This document shows, piece by piece, positions 23,312 to 36,958 of a stretch of 64,000 nt of DNA (positions are counted from its first letter, which is position 1; every line of letters starts with the position of its first letter). A program made the position numbers and the translations under genes. A model generated the notes under the pieces. The model was not told the origin of the DNA. It worked only from the letters and a program-made list of their open reading frames with translations, and ran no database searches. The DNA lies in NCBI GenBank assembly GCA_028534125.1, contig CM052816.1, positions 310,001 through 374,000 on the forward strand, given 5' to 3'. The DNA comes from Lama glama. Its lineage: Eukaryota.

Positions 23312-23584
23312 AGCCCATGTTGGTGTTTGCCAAGGAGCATCTAACATGCAAGGAAGTACACGCTGAGGTGAGGGCTGGTGCCATGCTAAGCTGTGAGGTG
23401 GCCCAGGCCCAGATAGAGATGATGAGGTTCAAGGAGGGAAGGAAGCTCAGTTCAAGCTTGAAAGTGTGTATGGAGGCCAAGGGCTGTGCCCAGAGGCTGG
23501 TGGTGCAGCAGGTGGACAAGGTGGATGCTAGGGAGTACAGCGGTGAGGCCAGGGACCAGAAGGTCTTCTACGTGGATGTCACAG
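23312..23584 (+). pseudogene. OBSCN: Dead array-A Ig exon copy (both splice sites lost)
   Basis: EPMLVFAKE...AQAQIEMMRFKEG...EYSGEA. Acceptor reads CCTG| instead of CCAG|, donor reads CAG|AT instead of CAG|GT, and the core Trp and second Cys are replaced. Confidence 0.85.
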
Positions 23585-24459
23585 ATGGGTTACTTGAGGT
23601 CCTTCTTATGTTCCTTAAGTTAATTATTAGGGAGTTTGAGGGGTGTGGAGGTGCCACCTAGAATCCTGTTTTCTCACAAAACCTCCCAGATAGCAACTAG
23701 CAGGTATCAATTACATGCCAAGGGCCAGAGTTGATGAAGTACTTCTTGTCTTTTTACTTGTGTAAACTTTACAGCCACCTCAGGCAGAGTAATTCTGATT
23801 ACTCCCATTTTAAGATAAGGGCACAAGGAAATTTCATAACTTGCCAAAATTCACACAGCCAGATAACTACAGAGCCAGGATTTGGGCCCAGTATTCTGGG
23901 ATTGTTAATTTTTCCTGTCTAAAGAATTCCCATTAGTATGTATTTTAGCAGGTCTGCTGGTGCTCTAGATTTTTTTTTTTTTTGCTTGTATGAAAACATA
24001 CCTATTTTGCCCTAAATTCTCAAGGCTGTTTTCTCTGGGTATCAAATCATAGTTTAGCACCACCCCCCACCCCATATTAAAAAAAATGCATTTTAAAGGG
24101 ATTATTCCATTGTCTTCTGGATTCCGTATTTTTGAGGGGAACATCAACTGTCAGATTTATTATGTTCTCGCAAGGATCATTTTTTTCCTTATCCTGTTGT
24201 TTTTAAGATACTGTTTTTGATTTAGATTTTCAGCAGTTCATATCAATGAAATTTGGTGTGGTTTTCTTTGTATTCATACTGGTTAGAGATGCAGAGCATT
24301 TTGAGTCTGTGGATTTTTGTCTTTCCTTAGCCATGGAATATAGAGTATGGTTGAGGAAACACCATAGAAAATGGTTTCTCACATGTGTCTCTCTCTCTCT
24401 AACTCTTAATTCTTTTTCTATCTCTGCTTTAGTCTTGGATATAATCTTTCAATCTATCT

Positions 24460-24959
24460 NNNNNNNNNNNNNNNNNNNNNNNNNNNNNNNNNNNNNNNNN
24501 NNNNNNNNNNNNNNNNNNNNNNNNNNNNNNNNNNNNNNNNNNNNNNNNNNNNNNNNNNNNNNNNNNNNNNNNNNNNNNNNNNNNNNNNNNNNNNNNNNNN
24601 NNNNNNNNNNNNNNNNNNNNNNNNNNNNNNNNNNNNNNNNNNNNNNNNNNNNNNNNNNNNNNNNNNNNNNNNNNNNNNNNNNNNNNNNNNNNNNNNNNNN
24701 NNNNNNNNNNNNNNNNNNNNNNNNNNNNNNNNNNNNNNNNNNNNNNNNNNNNNNNNNNNNNNNNNNNNNNNNNNNNNNNNNNNNNNNNNNNNNNNNNNNN
24801 NNNNNNNNNNNNNNNNNNNNNNNNNNNNNNNNNNNNNNNNNNNNNNNNNNNNNNNNNNNNNNNNNNNNNNNNNNNNNNNNNNNNNNNNNNNNNNNNNNNN
24901 NNNNNNNNNNNNNNNNNNNNNNNNNNNNNNNNNNNNNNNNNNNNNNNNNNNNNNNNNNN
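24460..24959. other. Assembly gap (500 N) cutting the 5' part of exon A2
   Basis: Run of exactly 500 N ending inside an exon. Confidence 1.
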
Positions 24960-25146
24960 GCCCAGGCCCAGACGGAGGTGACGTGGTACAAGGACGGCAA
25001 GAAGCTGAGCTCCAGCTCGAAAGTGCGTGTGGAGGCCGCGGGCCGCACCCGGAGGCTGGTGGTGCAGCAGGCGGGCAAGGCGGACGCCGGGGAGTACAGC
25101 TGCGAGGCCGGGGGCCAGAGGGTCTCCTTCCGCCTGGGCGTCACAG
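24960..25146 (+). CDS. OBSCN: Obscurin array-A Ig exon, copy A2 (5' part hidden in the gap)
   Basis: AQAQTEVTWYKDGKKLSSSSKVRVEAAG...FRLGVT, donor CAG|GTCAGT. Confidence 0.9.
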
Positions 25147-28100
25147 GTCAGTTCTTGAGGATACTAAGTCCACCTGTGTGTATGGGATGATAGGGCTGGC
25201 TTTCAGCCTCAACAGGCTTTTGTGCATCTGCCATTAGGTGTCCTCTTGTCACGTCTCTTCATGTTAGGTCTATAAATTAGGAATGGAAGGAAAAAGTCAC
25301 TTCTGCCACATCAGCATGCTTTGCTAAGGGGGAATTAATATAACAGCAGCCCCTGGCTGATAGGGTGTATATATTTCACTGCTGTTTTAGAGCCTGGAGA
25401 ATTTTCCAGTCCCTTTCTCATTGTTCAGTTCTTCTTGTCCTGATTTTGTCTTTCTGACTTACTTGTGTTTTTTCACCCCATGTACTTCTATGTGTTATCA
25501 TAGTTCCCAATGGGATTTCTTAAGGCCCAGCTGGCACACAGGAAGGTTCATTTTTTAAGTGGACTCCAGCTTTATTCTGAAATGGGAAGTAGCTTACATC
25601 AAGACTGAATAGGTGGGAGAAGGATTGATAGAAACTGTGCTCGAGCTTGTACATGTTTGTGGAGTTTTGGCTCTTGAGCTAGGGCTGCTTGTGCAGTAGA
25701 CTGGCAGGGTAGACACTAGGGAGTGTATCTGCTAATCCCAGGACCAGAAAGTCTCCTTCCATGTATATATTTTTAATCAGTTGTCGGGGATACCAGTTGG
25801 CATCATATGGTAGTTAAATGGGACAGCCTTGTTGCACAGTCAGTCCCTCTTGCTCTTTTTATGTGTATTAATCTCTTGAAATCTCCTATCTTCCAAACTT
25901 CCATTTTCACAGCCTATGTTTTGTCAAGAAAGCATGGACAAGTGGTGGATGTGGAGGGAGAGGGGCTGTTCTTTTACACCTTGTATTATTTCCCATGTCA
26001 TAGTGCTTAGCAACATTTCTCCAGCACATGTTCAGACTCCTTTGGTATTCTGTGGTTTCTAGGAGTCTGGGTTATTTGATGCATACGGCTGACGTAGACC
26101 AGATGTCCCTCTCCTGGAATTGTTCTGGCAGATCATGCAGACATTTACCTGGCATACTGGAGAGTTCCTGTGAACAAGAGATGTTTGAATTCATTGAACC
26201 AGGATAAGGGGAAATTTTGACCACACAGAATACTTGGAATCATTTCCAGTCTGTGCTTTGGATTGTCAAAATATTAATTGTCTAGGACACCTATTTTCAC
26301 ATAAATATGTTAGCTCTCTGCCCACAGTTGTATGTACCAAATTCACAAAGAATAGAGGGTTACAAATTGATCAATTCCAAAAATCTATATCAACTCACAC
26401 AAGAAAAATAGGGAAGTTGTACAGTCCATAACCTTTTGCATAAATAATCTTCTGATAGAATACGGTCTAAGTCCTGTTGCTCTACTGTCAAGTTTTGTTG
26501 AGTATACTGTAAAGAAATTATTCAATGTGTATATAGATTCTTCAGTAGTATTGAAAAATGAGGCAGACTCTCTAATTCACTTTTTTTTGTAAATAACATG
26601 GAATTGCTACCAAAATCCGATAAGGGAAATGTGAAGAATTAACATAGTTTAATCTCTTGATGATATCAAGTCTAGTATCTTTAAAAAATATTAGCACACC
26701 GAATTACCAATTTATCAAAAGGATAATCCATTAAGACAACAATCATACTCCAGGAGTGCAAGATTGGTTTAACACAAGAAACATTTAAAACTCAGTAGAA
26801 AGCTTGACATGAACCAAATAAAAGAGAAAATGATACGATTTCCCCAATACATGAAGAATAAGAATATTCAATAAAATATAACACCACAAATCCAGGAGAA
26901 CTCCTTGATAAAATTGCACATCAATTCCTGCCATAAAATTCTTACTAAGGGATAAATAAAAGAGTCCTTCCTTCATTCAATAGTTGGTAGTAGAAAAAAA
27001 CTAGCTAACATCACACATAAATTGAAACCTTGAAAGCACTGCATGTGAAGTAGAGAACAAGGCAAGGAAGCCAACTGTCACCACTTTAATGGTGCGTTTG
27101 CAGCACACTTAGGAGGAAAATAAAACAAAACATTAAAACTTGGGCAAGTAAAACGCGGAAGTCACAGATGATATGATTATCAGTTTAGAAAATCTAGGAA
27201 CATTGATTATTACACTTAATGAGAGAGTTGGGAAATATTACTGCATATAAATATTGATTAGAGAAACAATTCTATATCTGTATACAAGAAAGTAGAAAAT
27301 GAAATTTTAGAAGAGTTACAAAAACATTAGACAGATCATGTTACCAATTCCATGCCTACTAAAGGATCCTGAGACACTTTGTGGGCAAAATTATTAACCA
27401 TTGTTGAGAGTTGGAGAAGAAGATATAAATGAATGAATAGCAATCTGTGGAAGACCTGGAGATGTTCTATTCCCATGAAAAGCCAAATAAGAGTTCTTGT
27501 GGGTGTCAGAATATTGACAAGTTGACTGCAAAAGCCAAGGAGAGTCAGGCCAGTCTTGAAAAATGAAGTGGGGACATTTGCTCTAACTTATATCTAGGTT
27601 TTTTTTTTTTAGCCACAACAATTTAGACAAGTGGGTCTCACTGCAGACATAGGTAAACACACAGGAATGGAATGTTGAGCTCATACTGAGGTGCAGAGAA
27701 AGGAGGGGCTTTTCACAAGTGGTGTTAAGACCATTAACCATAGAGAAAGATAAAATTGAAATCTACCTCATATCACACAGAGAATCAACCCCAGGTAGAT
27801 GGAGACTTCAATGGGCAAGGTCAAACAAGCTTTTTTTTTTTTAAATCACCTAATATAGATTATTTAATGAACTCAGAATAATGAAAGATTTTAAAAATAA
27901 AAGATAAATGCAGAACCAAAAATGACAACTATACCCTATTTGCATGAAACAAACCAATAACTTAATTTCACCAGAAACATTACAAAGGAGCGAAAAATGG
28001 GGAGGATATGTACACACGTAACCATCAACAGTGTAGTATTTAACTATATAAAGAGCTCCTAAACAAATATGTAAAAGACCGGCAGTTCTATGAAAATTAG

Positions 28101-28653
28101 GCAAAACTTGAACAGTGACACCACAGAAGAGCAAACCACAGAAGGACCAAAGTGATCACAAAGATTCCTCACCTTGTGTGTCATCAGGACCATGCAAGAG
28201 ACAGCACAGGGGGTGTAGCCTTACTGCCACTAGGTTTCCTAGAGTTGACAACCCTGAGATGGGCAAGGGGGTGGATCCTCAGGAAGTGTCCTTCACTGCA
28301 GGTGAGATCGTGGCCTGCACCAAGGTGAGGGAAAGGGTCTGGCCTCATCGAGGAAGGGTGAGGACTGCATGACTCCACAGCTCTGGTCCCAGAGGAGGTG
28401 GACATGGGAGAAGCCATTCCCAATATCTCTCTGGGAGCAGCACGCACAGCTCAGGGGCAGAGTGTAGACATAAATTGTGTCCTTCGTTGTTGAGAAGGCA
28501 GGAGAGCTTCTCTAGGCCGCACAGCTGGTGCGCAGCCTGGGGAAGTTTCCTGTCTTCCTGCCTCCCTGTTGAGTGGCTCTTTCGTTGGTGCTGCATCTTC
28601 ACTTAGATGGTATCTTTGACTCCATGTGTCCTTCCCTCCCTGCCTGTCCCCAG

Positions 28654-28929
28654 AGCCCTCGGTGGTGTTTGCCAAGGAACAGACGGCACACAATGAAGTA
28701 CAGGCTGTGGCAGGGGCCAGTGCCATGCTGAGCTGCGAGGTGGCCCAGGCCCAGACGGAGGTGACGTGGTACAAGGATGGCAAGAAGCTGAGCTCCAGCT
28801 CCAAAGTGCATGTCGAGGCCACGGGCCGCACCCGGAGGCTGGTGGTGCAGCAGGCGGGCAAGGCGGACGCCGGGGAGTACAGCTGCGAGGCCGGGGGCCA
28901 GAAGATCTCCTTCCACCTGGACGTCACAG
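28654..28929 (+). CDS. OBSCN: Obscurin array-A Ig exon, copy A3, 276 nt
   Basis: CCCCAG|AG and CAG|GTCAGT; EPSVVFAKEQTAHNEVQAVAG...; open frame. Confidence 0.93.
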
Positions 28930-31900
28930 GTCAGTTCTTGAGGATACTAAGTCCACCTGTGTGTACGGGATGACAGGACTGGCTTACAGCCTCTACAGGC
29001 TTTTGTGCAACTGCTGTTAGGCGTCCTCTCATCACATCTCTTCATTGTAGGTCTATAAATTAGAAATGGATGGAAAAAGTCACTTCTGCCACTTCAGCAT
29101 GCTTTGCTAATGGGGAATTGACATAAAGCAGCCCCTGGCTGGAAGGGACTATATATTTCACTGCTGGTTTAGAGCCTGGAGAATTTTCCAGTCCCTTTCT
29201 CATTGTTCAGTTTTTCTTGTCCTGATTTTGTTTCTGATTTTGTTGTGTTTTTTCACCGCGTGCACTTCTATGTGTTATCATAGTTCCCAATGGGATTTCT
29301 TAAGGGTCAGCTGGCACACAGGAAAGGTTCATTTTTTTAGGTGGACTGAAGTTTTATTCTGAAATGGGAGGTAGGTTATATCAAGACTGAACAGGTAGGG
29401 GAAGGATGGAAAGAAATTGTGGTTGAGCTTGAATGTGTTTGTGGAGTTATGGCTCTTTGGCTGTGGCTGCTTGTGTATCAGGCTGGCAAGGTAGACATTA
29501 GCGAGTGTATCTGCTAATCCCAGAAAGTCTCCTTACATGTATATATTTTTCACTGGTTATCGGGATTTCCAAATTGGCTTTATTTGGTAGTGAGAATGGG
29601 ACAGCCTTATTGTGCAGTCAGATCCTGGTGCTCCTTTTATGTGTATTAATATCATAAACCTCCTCTATTCCAAGCTTTCATTTTTTGGCCAGTGTTTGGT
29701 CAAGTAAGCATGGATGAGTGGTGGATATAGAGGGAGAGGGGCTGTTCTTTTACACCTTGTATTATTTTTCGTGTCATAATGCTTAGTCGCATTATCACAG
29801 CACATGTTCAGACTCCATTGGTCTTCCTTGATTTCTAGGAGTGTGGCTTATTTGATGCATAGGGCTGATGTAGAGCAGATGTTCCTCTCCTGGAATTGTT
29901 CTGGAAGATCAAGTAGATATTTACCTGACACACTGGAGAGTTCCTGTGAACAACAGATGTTTGAATTTATTGAACCAGTTAAGGGGAAGTTTTGACCACA
30001 CATAATACTTTGAATCATGTCCAGTCTGTACTTTGGATTGTCATAGTGTTAATTGTCTGAGACAGCTATTTTCACATAGTTATGGAAGCTCTCTGCACAC
30101 AGATGTGTGTACCAAATTCAGAAGGAGTAGAGGATTACAAATTGATCAATTCCAAAAATCTATATCAACTCACACAAGGAAAATAGCCACTTTAGAATAA
30201 ATGGAACCATAATAAATAATCTTGTCACAGAATAATATCTAAGTCCAGTGGCTCTACTCTTAAATTGTGCTGAGTATTCTATAAAGAAACCATTCCATGT
30301 TCATATAGATTTTCTGTAGTATTTAGAAATGAGTTACACTAATTCATTTTTTTGTAGATAGCATATAATTCCTAACGAAATCAAATAAGGTGAATGGGAG
30401 GAATTAATGCAGGTTAATCTCTTGATGATGTCAAGAATAATATATTTAAAAAATATTAGCACACTGAATTTAGCAATTTATCAAAAGGGTTATCCACTAT
30501 GACAATAGTCAGACTTCAGGAGTGCAAGGTTGGTTTAACACAAGAAACATTAGAAACTCAATAGAAAGCTTGACATTAACAGAATAAAAAAGAACAATGA
30601 TACAATTTCTCCAATTTAAATGCAGAATAAAACAACTCAATAAAATATAACACCATAAATCCAGGAGATGTACTTGATAAAATTTAACAACAATTCTTGC
30701 TGTAATAACTTCTCCAAGGTATAAATAAATGGTTGTTCCTTCATTTAATAATTGGTAGTGGAAAATAAACCAGCTAGAATCACACATAAAGTGAAAGCTT
30801 GACGGTATCGCATATGAAGTAGGGAACAAGACAAGGAAGCCAACTGGCACCACTTTAATGCTACATTTACAGCACACTTAGGGGGGAAATAAAATGAAAG
30901 ATGACAACTTGGTAAAATAAAACATGTTTTTGCAGATGATATGATTATCAATTTAGAAAATCTAGGAACATGAATTACTACACTTGATGAGACAGTTGAG
31001 AAATACTACTGCATATAAATATTAATACAGAGAAACAATTCTCTAGCTATATACAAGAAACAAGAAAGTAGAAAATGAAATTTGAGAAGAGTTACAATAA
31101 CACTAGATATATCATGTCACTAATTCCAAATCTAAGACAGGGTCTTAGGACTCTTTGTAGGCAAAATTATTAAGTATTCTTGAGAGGCAGAGGAAAAGAT
31201 ATAAATAAATGGATAAAAATCTGTGGAATATCCAGAGGTGTTCGACCCCCAGCAAAAACCAAAAAACCCAAATCACAGTTCTCTTGGGTGTGAGACTAGT
31301 GACAAGTTAATTGCAAAGGCCAAGGAGATTCAAGCCAGTCTTGAAGGACATAGCAGGGACATTTGCTGTAACCTATGTCAGGACTTCATTTTTTATTAAC
31401 ACTACAGCAATTTAGACAAGTGGGTCTCAATGTAGAGATAGGCAAACAACACAAAGAAATGGAATGTTGAGCTCACATCGTGCTGTAGAGAAAGGAGGGG
31501 CTTTTCCTAATTGGTCTTAAGAACATTAACTATACAGAAAAATAAAATTGAAATCTACCTCATACCACACGAAGAATCAACCCTGCGCAGGTTAGAGACC
31601 TCCGTCCTCCGTGGGAATGGTAAAACAAGTTTGTGTAATCAGGTAATATAGATTATTTAATGATCTCAGAATAATGAAAGATTTTAAAACAGAAGATAAA
31701 AGCAGAAACCACAAAGACAACTTGACTTATTTGCCTGCAGTATGCCTGCAATTGATAACTTAATTTCACCAGAAATATTACAAAGGAGCAAAAAGCACAA
31801 AAATGGGGACGATATATACACATGTAACCATCTGTCATTTAATTATGTAAAAAAAACTGAATATGGAAAAGACGGGCAATGCTATTGAAACTGGGGCAAA

Positions 31901-32434
31901 ACTTGAACAGTGACAACACAGAAGAGCAAACCACAGAAGGACCAAAATGATCACAAAGATTTCTCACCCAGTGAGTCATCAGGACCGTGCAAGAGACAGC
32001 ACAGGGGGTGTAGCCTCACTGCCACTAGGTTGACAACCCTGAGATGGGCAAGGGGGTGGATCCTCAGGAAGTGTCCTTCAGTACAGGTGAGAACGTGGCC
32101 CGCACCAAGGTGAGGGAAAGGGTCTGGCCTCATCGAGGAAGGGTGAGGACTGCATGACTCCACAGCTCCGGTCCCAGAGGAGGTGTGCATGGGAGAAGCC
32201 ATTCCCAATGTCTTTCTGGAGCAGCACGCACAGCCCAGGGACAGAGTGTAGACATAAATTGTGTCCTTCATTAAGAAGGTGGGAGAGCTTCTCTAGGCCG
32301 CACAGCTGGTGCGCAGCCTGGAGAAGTTTCCTGTCTTCCTGCCTCCCTGTTGAGTGGCTCTTTTGCTGGTGCTGCATCTTCACTTAGATGGTGTCTTTGA
32401 CTCCTTGTGTCCCTCCCTCCCTGCCTGTCCCCAG

Positions 32435-32710
32435 AGCCCTCGGTGGTGTTTGCCAAGGAACAGACGGCACACAGTGAAGTGCAGGCTGTGGCGGGGGCCA
32501 GTGCCACGCTGAGCTGCGAGGTGGCCCAGGCCCAGACGGAGGTGACGTGGTACAAGGACGGCAAGAAGCTGAGCTCCAGCTCGAAAGTGCGTGTGGAGGC
32601 CGCGGGCCGCACCCGGAGGCTGGTGGTGCAGCAGGCGGGCAAGGCGGACGCCGGGGAGTACAGCTGCGAGGCCGGGGGCCAGAAGATCTCCTTCCACCTG
32701 GGGGTCACAG
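32435..32710 (+). CDS. OBSCN: Obscurin array-A Ig exon, copy A4, 276 nt
   Basis: CCCCAG|AG and CAG|GTCAGT; open frame. Confidence 0.93.
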
Positions 32711-34513
32711 GTCAGTCCTTGAGGATACTAAGTCCATCTGTGTTTACGGGATGATAGGACTGGCTTACAGCCTCTACAGGCTTTTGTGCACCTGCCTTTA
32801 GACATCTCTCTTCAAGTTAGGTCTATGAAGTAGGAATGGAAGGAAAAAGGTCACTTCTGCCACATCAGCATGCTTTGCTAATGGGGAATTAACATAACAG
32901 CAGCCCCTGGCTGGAAGGGACTATATATTTCACTGCTGGTTTAGAGCCTGGAGAATTTTCCAGTCCCTTTCTCACTATTCACTGCTTCTTATCCTGATTT
33001 TGTTTCTGACTGTTTTGTGTTTTTTTCACCCCGTGTACTTCTATGTGTTATCATAGTTCCCAATGGGATTTCTTAAGGGTCAGCTGGTACACAGGGAAGG
33101 TTCATTTTTTTAGGTGGACTGAAGTTTTATTCTGAAATGGGAGGTAGCTTATATCAAGACTGAACAGGTAGGGGAAGGATGGAAAGAATTTGTAGTTGAG
33201 CTTGAACGTGTTTGTGGAGTTATGGCTGTTTGGCTGTGGCTGCTTGTATATTAGGCTGGCAAGGTAGACACTAGCGAATGTATCTGCTAATCTCAGGACC
33301 AGAAAGTCTCCTTCCATGTATATATTTTTCATCAGTTATTGGAGATTCCGAATTGGCATTTTTTGGTAGTGAGAATGGGACAGCCTTATTGTGCAGTCAG
33401 ACCCTGGTGCTCCTTTTATGTGTATCAATTTCTTGAAATCTCCTATATTCCAACCTTCCATTTACGGCCAATGTGTGGTCAAGAAAGCATGGATGAGTGG
33501 TGGATGTGGAGGGAGAGGGGCTGTTCTTTTACACCATGTACTGTTTTCCATGTCATAGTGCTTAGTCACATGTTCAGACTGCATTGGTGTTCCTTGGTTT
33601 CTACATTTATATACTAGTGACAAATAGTTTAAAAGTGAGCTTTGAAAATGTTATAAAAGCATTAGAGGTATCATGTTTCTAATTCCAAATATAATACAAG
33701 GTGCTAAATGCCTTGGTGGGGGAAATTAGATCATGACATAGATTGCCTAAAAACTTCAGGAAGTGAAGAGATTTCTGTCACAGAACACAAATAGACTAAA
33801 CACCATGGAACAAGAGTGACAAATTTGAACTCTTTAAAACTAAAACTTTCATTAGGTTCATTAGAAGTCACATTTAGTGACACAGCAAGTGACACAAATG
33901 TGAAAGAGAAAGGCACTGTCATGCAAATAGAGTTTACAAAGGTGAATATGAAAAAGACAGATGATGCTACTGAAAATCAGGCAAAATTCTTGAACAGTTA
34001 CAACACAGAAGAGCAAATAGTGATGACCAATAAGATTGGTGAAGTTGCTCTATGTTGTGAATCATCAGAACCATCAAGAGACAGCCAACAGGAGGTATGA
34101 CTTCACTCCCACCAGACTGACGGCAGTTGACACACTGAGAGTAGCCAAGAGCATGAAGCCTCAGGAACTGTCATGCATCTTAGGTGAGAACATTCCCTGC
34201 ACAGTTGAGCAGGAAAGACTCTGGCGTCATCCAGGAAAGTTGAGGTGTGCATACATCATGACCCCCACCAGATCCATTGTGCTCAAAAGTCTTTCACAAT
34301 GTCCTCACTTGGAACATCCCACTTGGAGCAGTAGTCAAATGTATAGATAAATTGTGTCACTATTGCTGGGAAGGTGTAGGGCTTCTCTAGGCCCCATAGC
34401 TGGTGCAACGCCTGGAGGAGTTTCCAGCCTTCCTGTTTAGTCCTTCTTTCCCCAGTACTGCCTTCCTGTCTTCGATGATGTCTTTGACCCTGTGTTTCCC
34501 TCTCTGTTCCCAG

Positions 34514-34798
34514 AGCCCATAGCTCTGTTTGCCAAGGAGCAGCTGTGGTGTGCAGTGAAAGACAGACTAGGGTTGGGAGGAGTGGCATGCCAAGCTACAA
34601 GGTAGCCCAGGCCCAGAGGGAGGTGACATGGTTCAAGGACGAGAAGAAGCTGAGTGCAAGCTCAAAAGTGCATGTAGAGGCCAAGGGCTATACTCGGCAG
34701 CTGGCGGTGCCTCCAGCAGGGAAAGTGGACACAGGGGAGTATGGGAGTACAGATGTGACGCTGGGGCCAGAGAGTCTCCTTCTGCATGAACGTCACGG
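34514..34798 (+). pseudogene. OBSCN: Frameshifted array-A exon copy that keeps AG/GT splice dinucleotides
   Basis: TTCCCAG|AGCCCATAGCTCTGTTTGCCAAGGAGCAG; frameshift after KEQ; in-frame TAG at 34603-34605; AQAQREVTWFKDEKK lies in another frame; donor CGG|GTCAGT. Confidence 0.85.
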
Positions 34799-36659
34799 GT
34801 CAGTTACTTGGGGGTTCTAACTGAGACCATTTGGAGGAGATGATGGGATTGATAACAGACCCACCAGACCCCAGGGCTCTTTGCATTAGACTTTATCTCT
34901 TAAGTCTCCCAACCTTCTACTTCCTACCCTTATTCCTGTGGCTGAGTTAAGGGAGTCTGGATTGGAAGACTGTGTGTGGAAGGGAGTGGGGCCATTCTTG
35001 AGTAGTGTTTCCATGGAGTAACACTTAATCACATGTCCCAACTGCTGCACAGAATGTTCCCTGGTGCAGAGGACTCTGTGGTACTTGAGATTTGAGGTTG
35101 ACCAGATGTCTCTTTTACCCAGGCCTATGTGACTATCCTTCTGCTGAATGTTTAGACTGTTCCCACGTCCCTCACCTAACACCACACGCGCATTCTTGGA
35201 AAGATTACCATGTGAAAAATCAATATGCAGAAAACCTTTTTACTTTAGTTTTATTTATATGTTGTATACTAGCAACACAGTTGGAAGATGAAATTTTAAA
35301 AGATTTAAAATAGTGTGAAAAGTACCATGTTTCCAATTCCAAGTATAATAAAGATGTTTAAGACCTCAGTGGGGGAAAATTGTTGAACATTTTGAGGGTA
35401 AAAAAAAAATCTAAAAAGTGGGTAGAAATCTATGGAAGGCTCAAACGTCTTCACATCCAATCAAAATCAAACAAATGTGTTTTCTTTGGAGGGTTGAAAA
35501 TTGAGAAGCAGATTCCAAAGGCCAAGATTCCATGGCCAACATACTCTTGAAGAAGAGAAGTATCATAAAGCAACAGTAATAAAGATAATGGGGTCACAAT
35601 GCAGGGACAGTTATCAGATCAAAGGAACAGAATAGTGAGCTCACAGTCAGACCAGTGAATAAATGAACTTCCCACTCCTCGCCTTTTTTTTTTTTCACCA
35701 TTGAAACTGTGTAGGCAAGGGAGAAAGGATAGTCTTTTCAATATGGTGTTTTCAACATTTAATCATATAAAAATTGCATAGGTAACTCAAATGACACTTC
35801 AAAAGGTACTCCAGGTGGGTGAGGGGCCACAGTGTGAAGGAAAATCATAAATCCTCAGTTGATGACATAAATTATTTAGTGACTTCAGGGTAAGGACAGA
35901 TTTCTGAAACAGAAAAATGGAACAACATCCCATATTTGACAATGTTAAAACTAAAACTTTGATCCATCCTGAGATACCACATGAGTGAAAAGGCAAGTTA
36001 AACAGATGGATGTGATATTTACAAACCATGTAAGTGTCACATCTCTAGCACTTAAACGTATAAAGAGATCCAGAAAATGAATAAGGAGGAGACAGACAAT
36101 GCTATTGAAAACTGGGCAAAACACTTGAAGAGTGAAACCACAGAAGAGCAAACAGTAATGGCCAAAAGAATAAAAAAGTTACTCCACTTTGTGAGTCATC
36201 AGGACCATGCAAAAGACAGCCACTGGGGTATAACTTCACTCCTGCCAGATTGCAAGCAGTTCACGAAACTTAAGAGTAGGTGAGAACATGGAGCTGCAAG
36301 ATCTCTCCCGCACTGTGAGTGAGAACCCTTCCTGTGCAATCATGTAAAAAGACTTTGCATCATCTGGGAAGGTTGAAGAAACCAAGCCTCATGACCCTGA
36401 AGTTCCTCTCCCAGACTAGTATGTACACAGAAGTCTGTTACGTTTTCACCTGGAACAAAATGCACGGATCAGTGGTAGAATGTATAGATAAATTTGGGTT
36501 CCTTGCTGAGAAGGAGGTGGGGCTTTTCTAAGCCACACAGCTAGCCAGCGTCTTGAGAAATTCCCAGTCCTCCTGCTTCACCATTTAATCCTTCTTCCCC
36601 AGTGCTTCATCCTGACTTAGATAGTGTTTTTGACCCTGTGTGTTCGTCTTTGTTCCCAG

Positions 36660-36935
36660 AGCCCTTGGCAGTGTTTGCCAAAGAGCAGCCAGTGCACAGT
36701 GAGATGCAGGCCGTGGCGGGGGCCAATGCCACGCTGAGTTGCAAGGTGGCCCAGGCCCAGACGGAGGTGACGTGGTACAAGGATGGGAAGAAGTTGAGTG
36801 CAAGCTCGAAAGTGCACATGGAGGCCAAGGGTTGCACCCGGCAGCTGGTGGTGCAGCAGGCGGGGAAGGCGGACGCCGGCGAGTACAGCTGCGAGGCTGG
36901 GGGCGAGAAGGTCTCCTTCTGCCTGGATGTTGCAG
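36660..36935 (+). CDS. OBSCN: Obscurin array-A Ig exon, copy A5, 276 nt
   Basis: TCCCAG|AG and CAG|GTCAGT; EPLAVFAKEQPVHSEMQAVAG...; open frame. Confidence 0.9.
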
Positions 36936-36958
36936 GTCAGTTATTTGATAAGGGTGCT

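Larger units (their letters stand above)
25147..33600 (+). repeat. Tandem duplication of an ~3.78-kb intron-plus-exon unit (two full units and one partial), each full unit carrying the same old L1 fragment
   Basis: Post-exon sequence GTCAGT(T/C)CTTGAGGATACTAAGTCCA recurs at 25147, 28930 and 32711 (periods 3783 and 3781). Internal landmarks also recur, e.g. CCAGGAGTGCAAG at ~26750 and TCAGGAGTGCAAG at ~30516. Confidence 0.92.

Noticed and set aside
25268..25282. MEF2 or TATA-like site CTATAAATTAG (repeated near 29053)
   Set aside because: It does not fit the 10-bp MEF2 consensus and is altered in the third unit.
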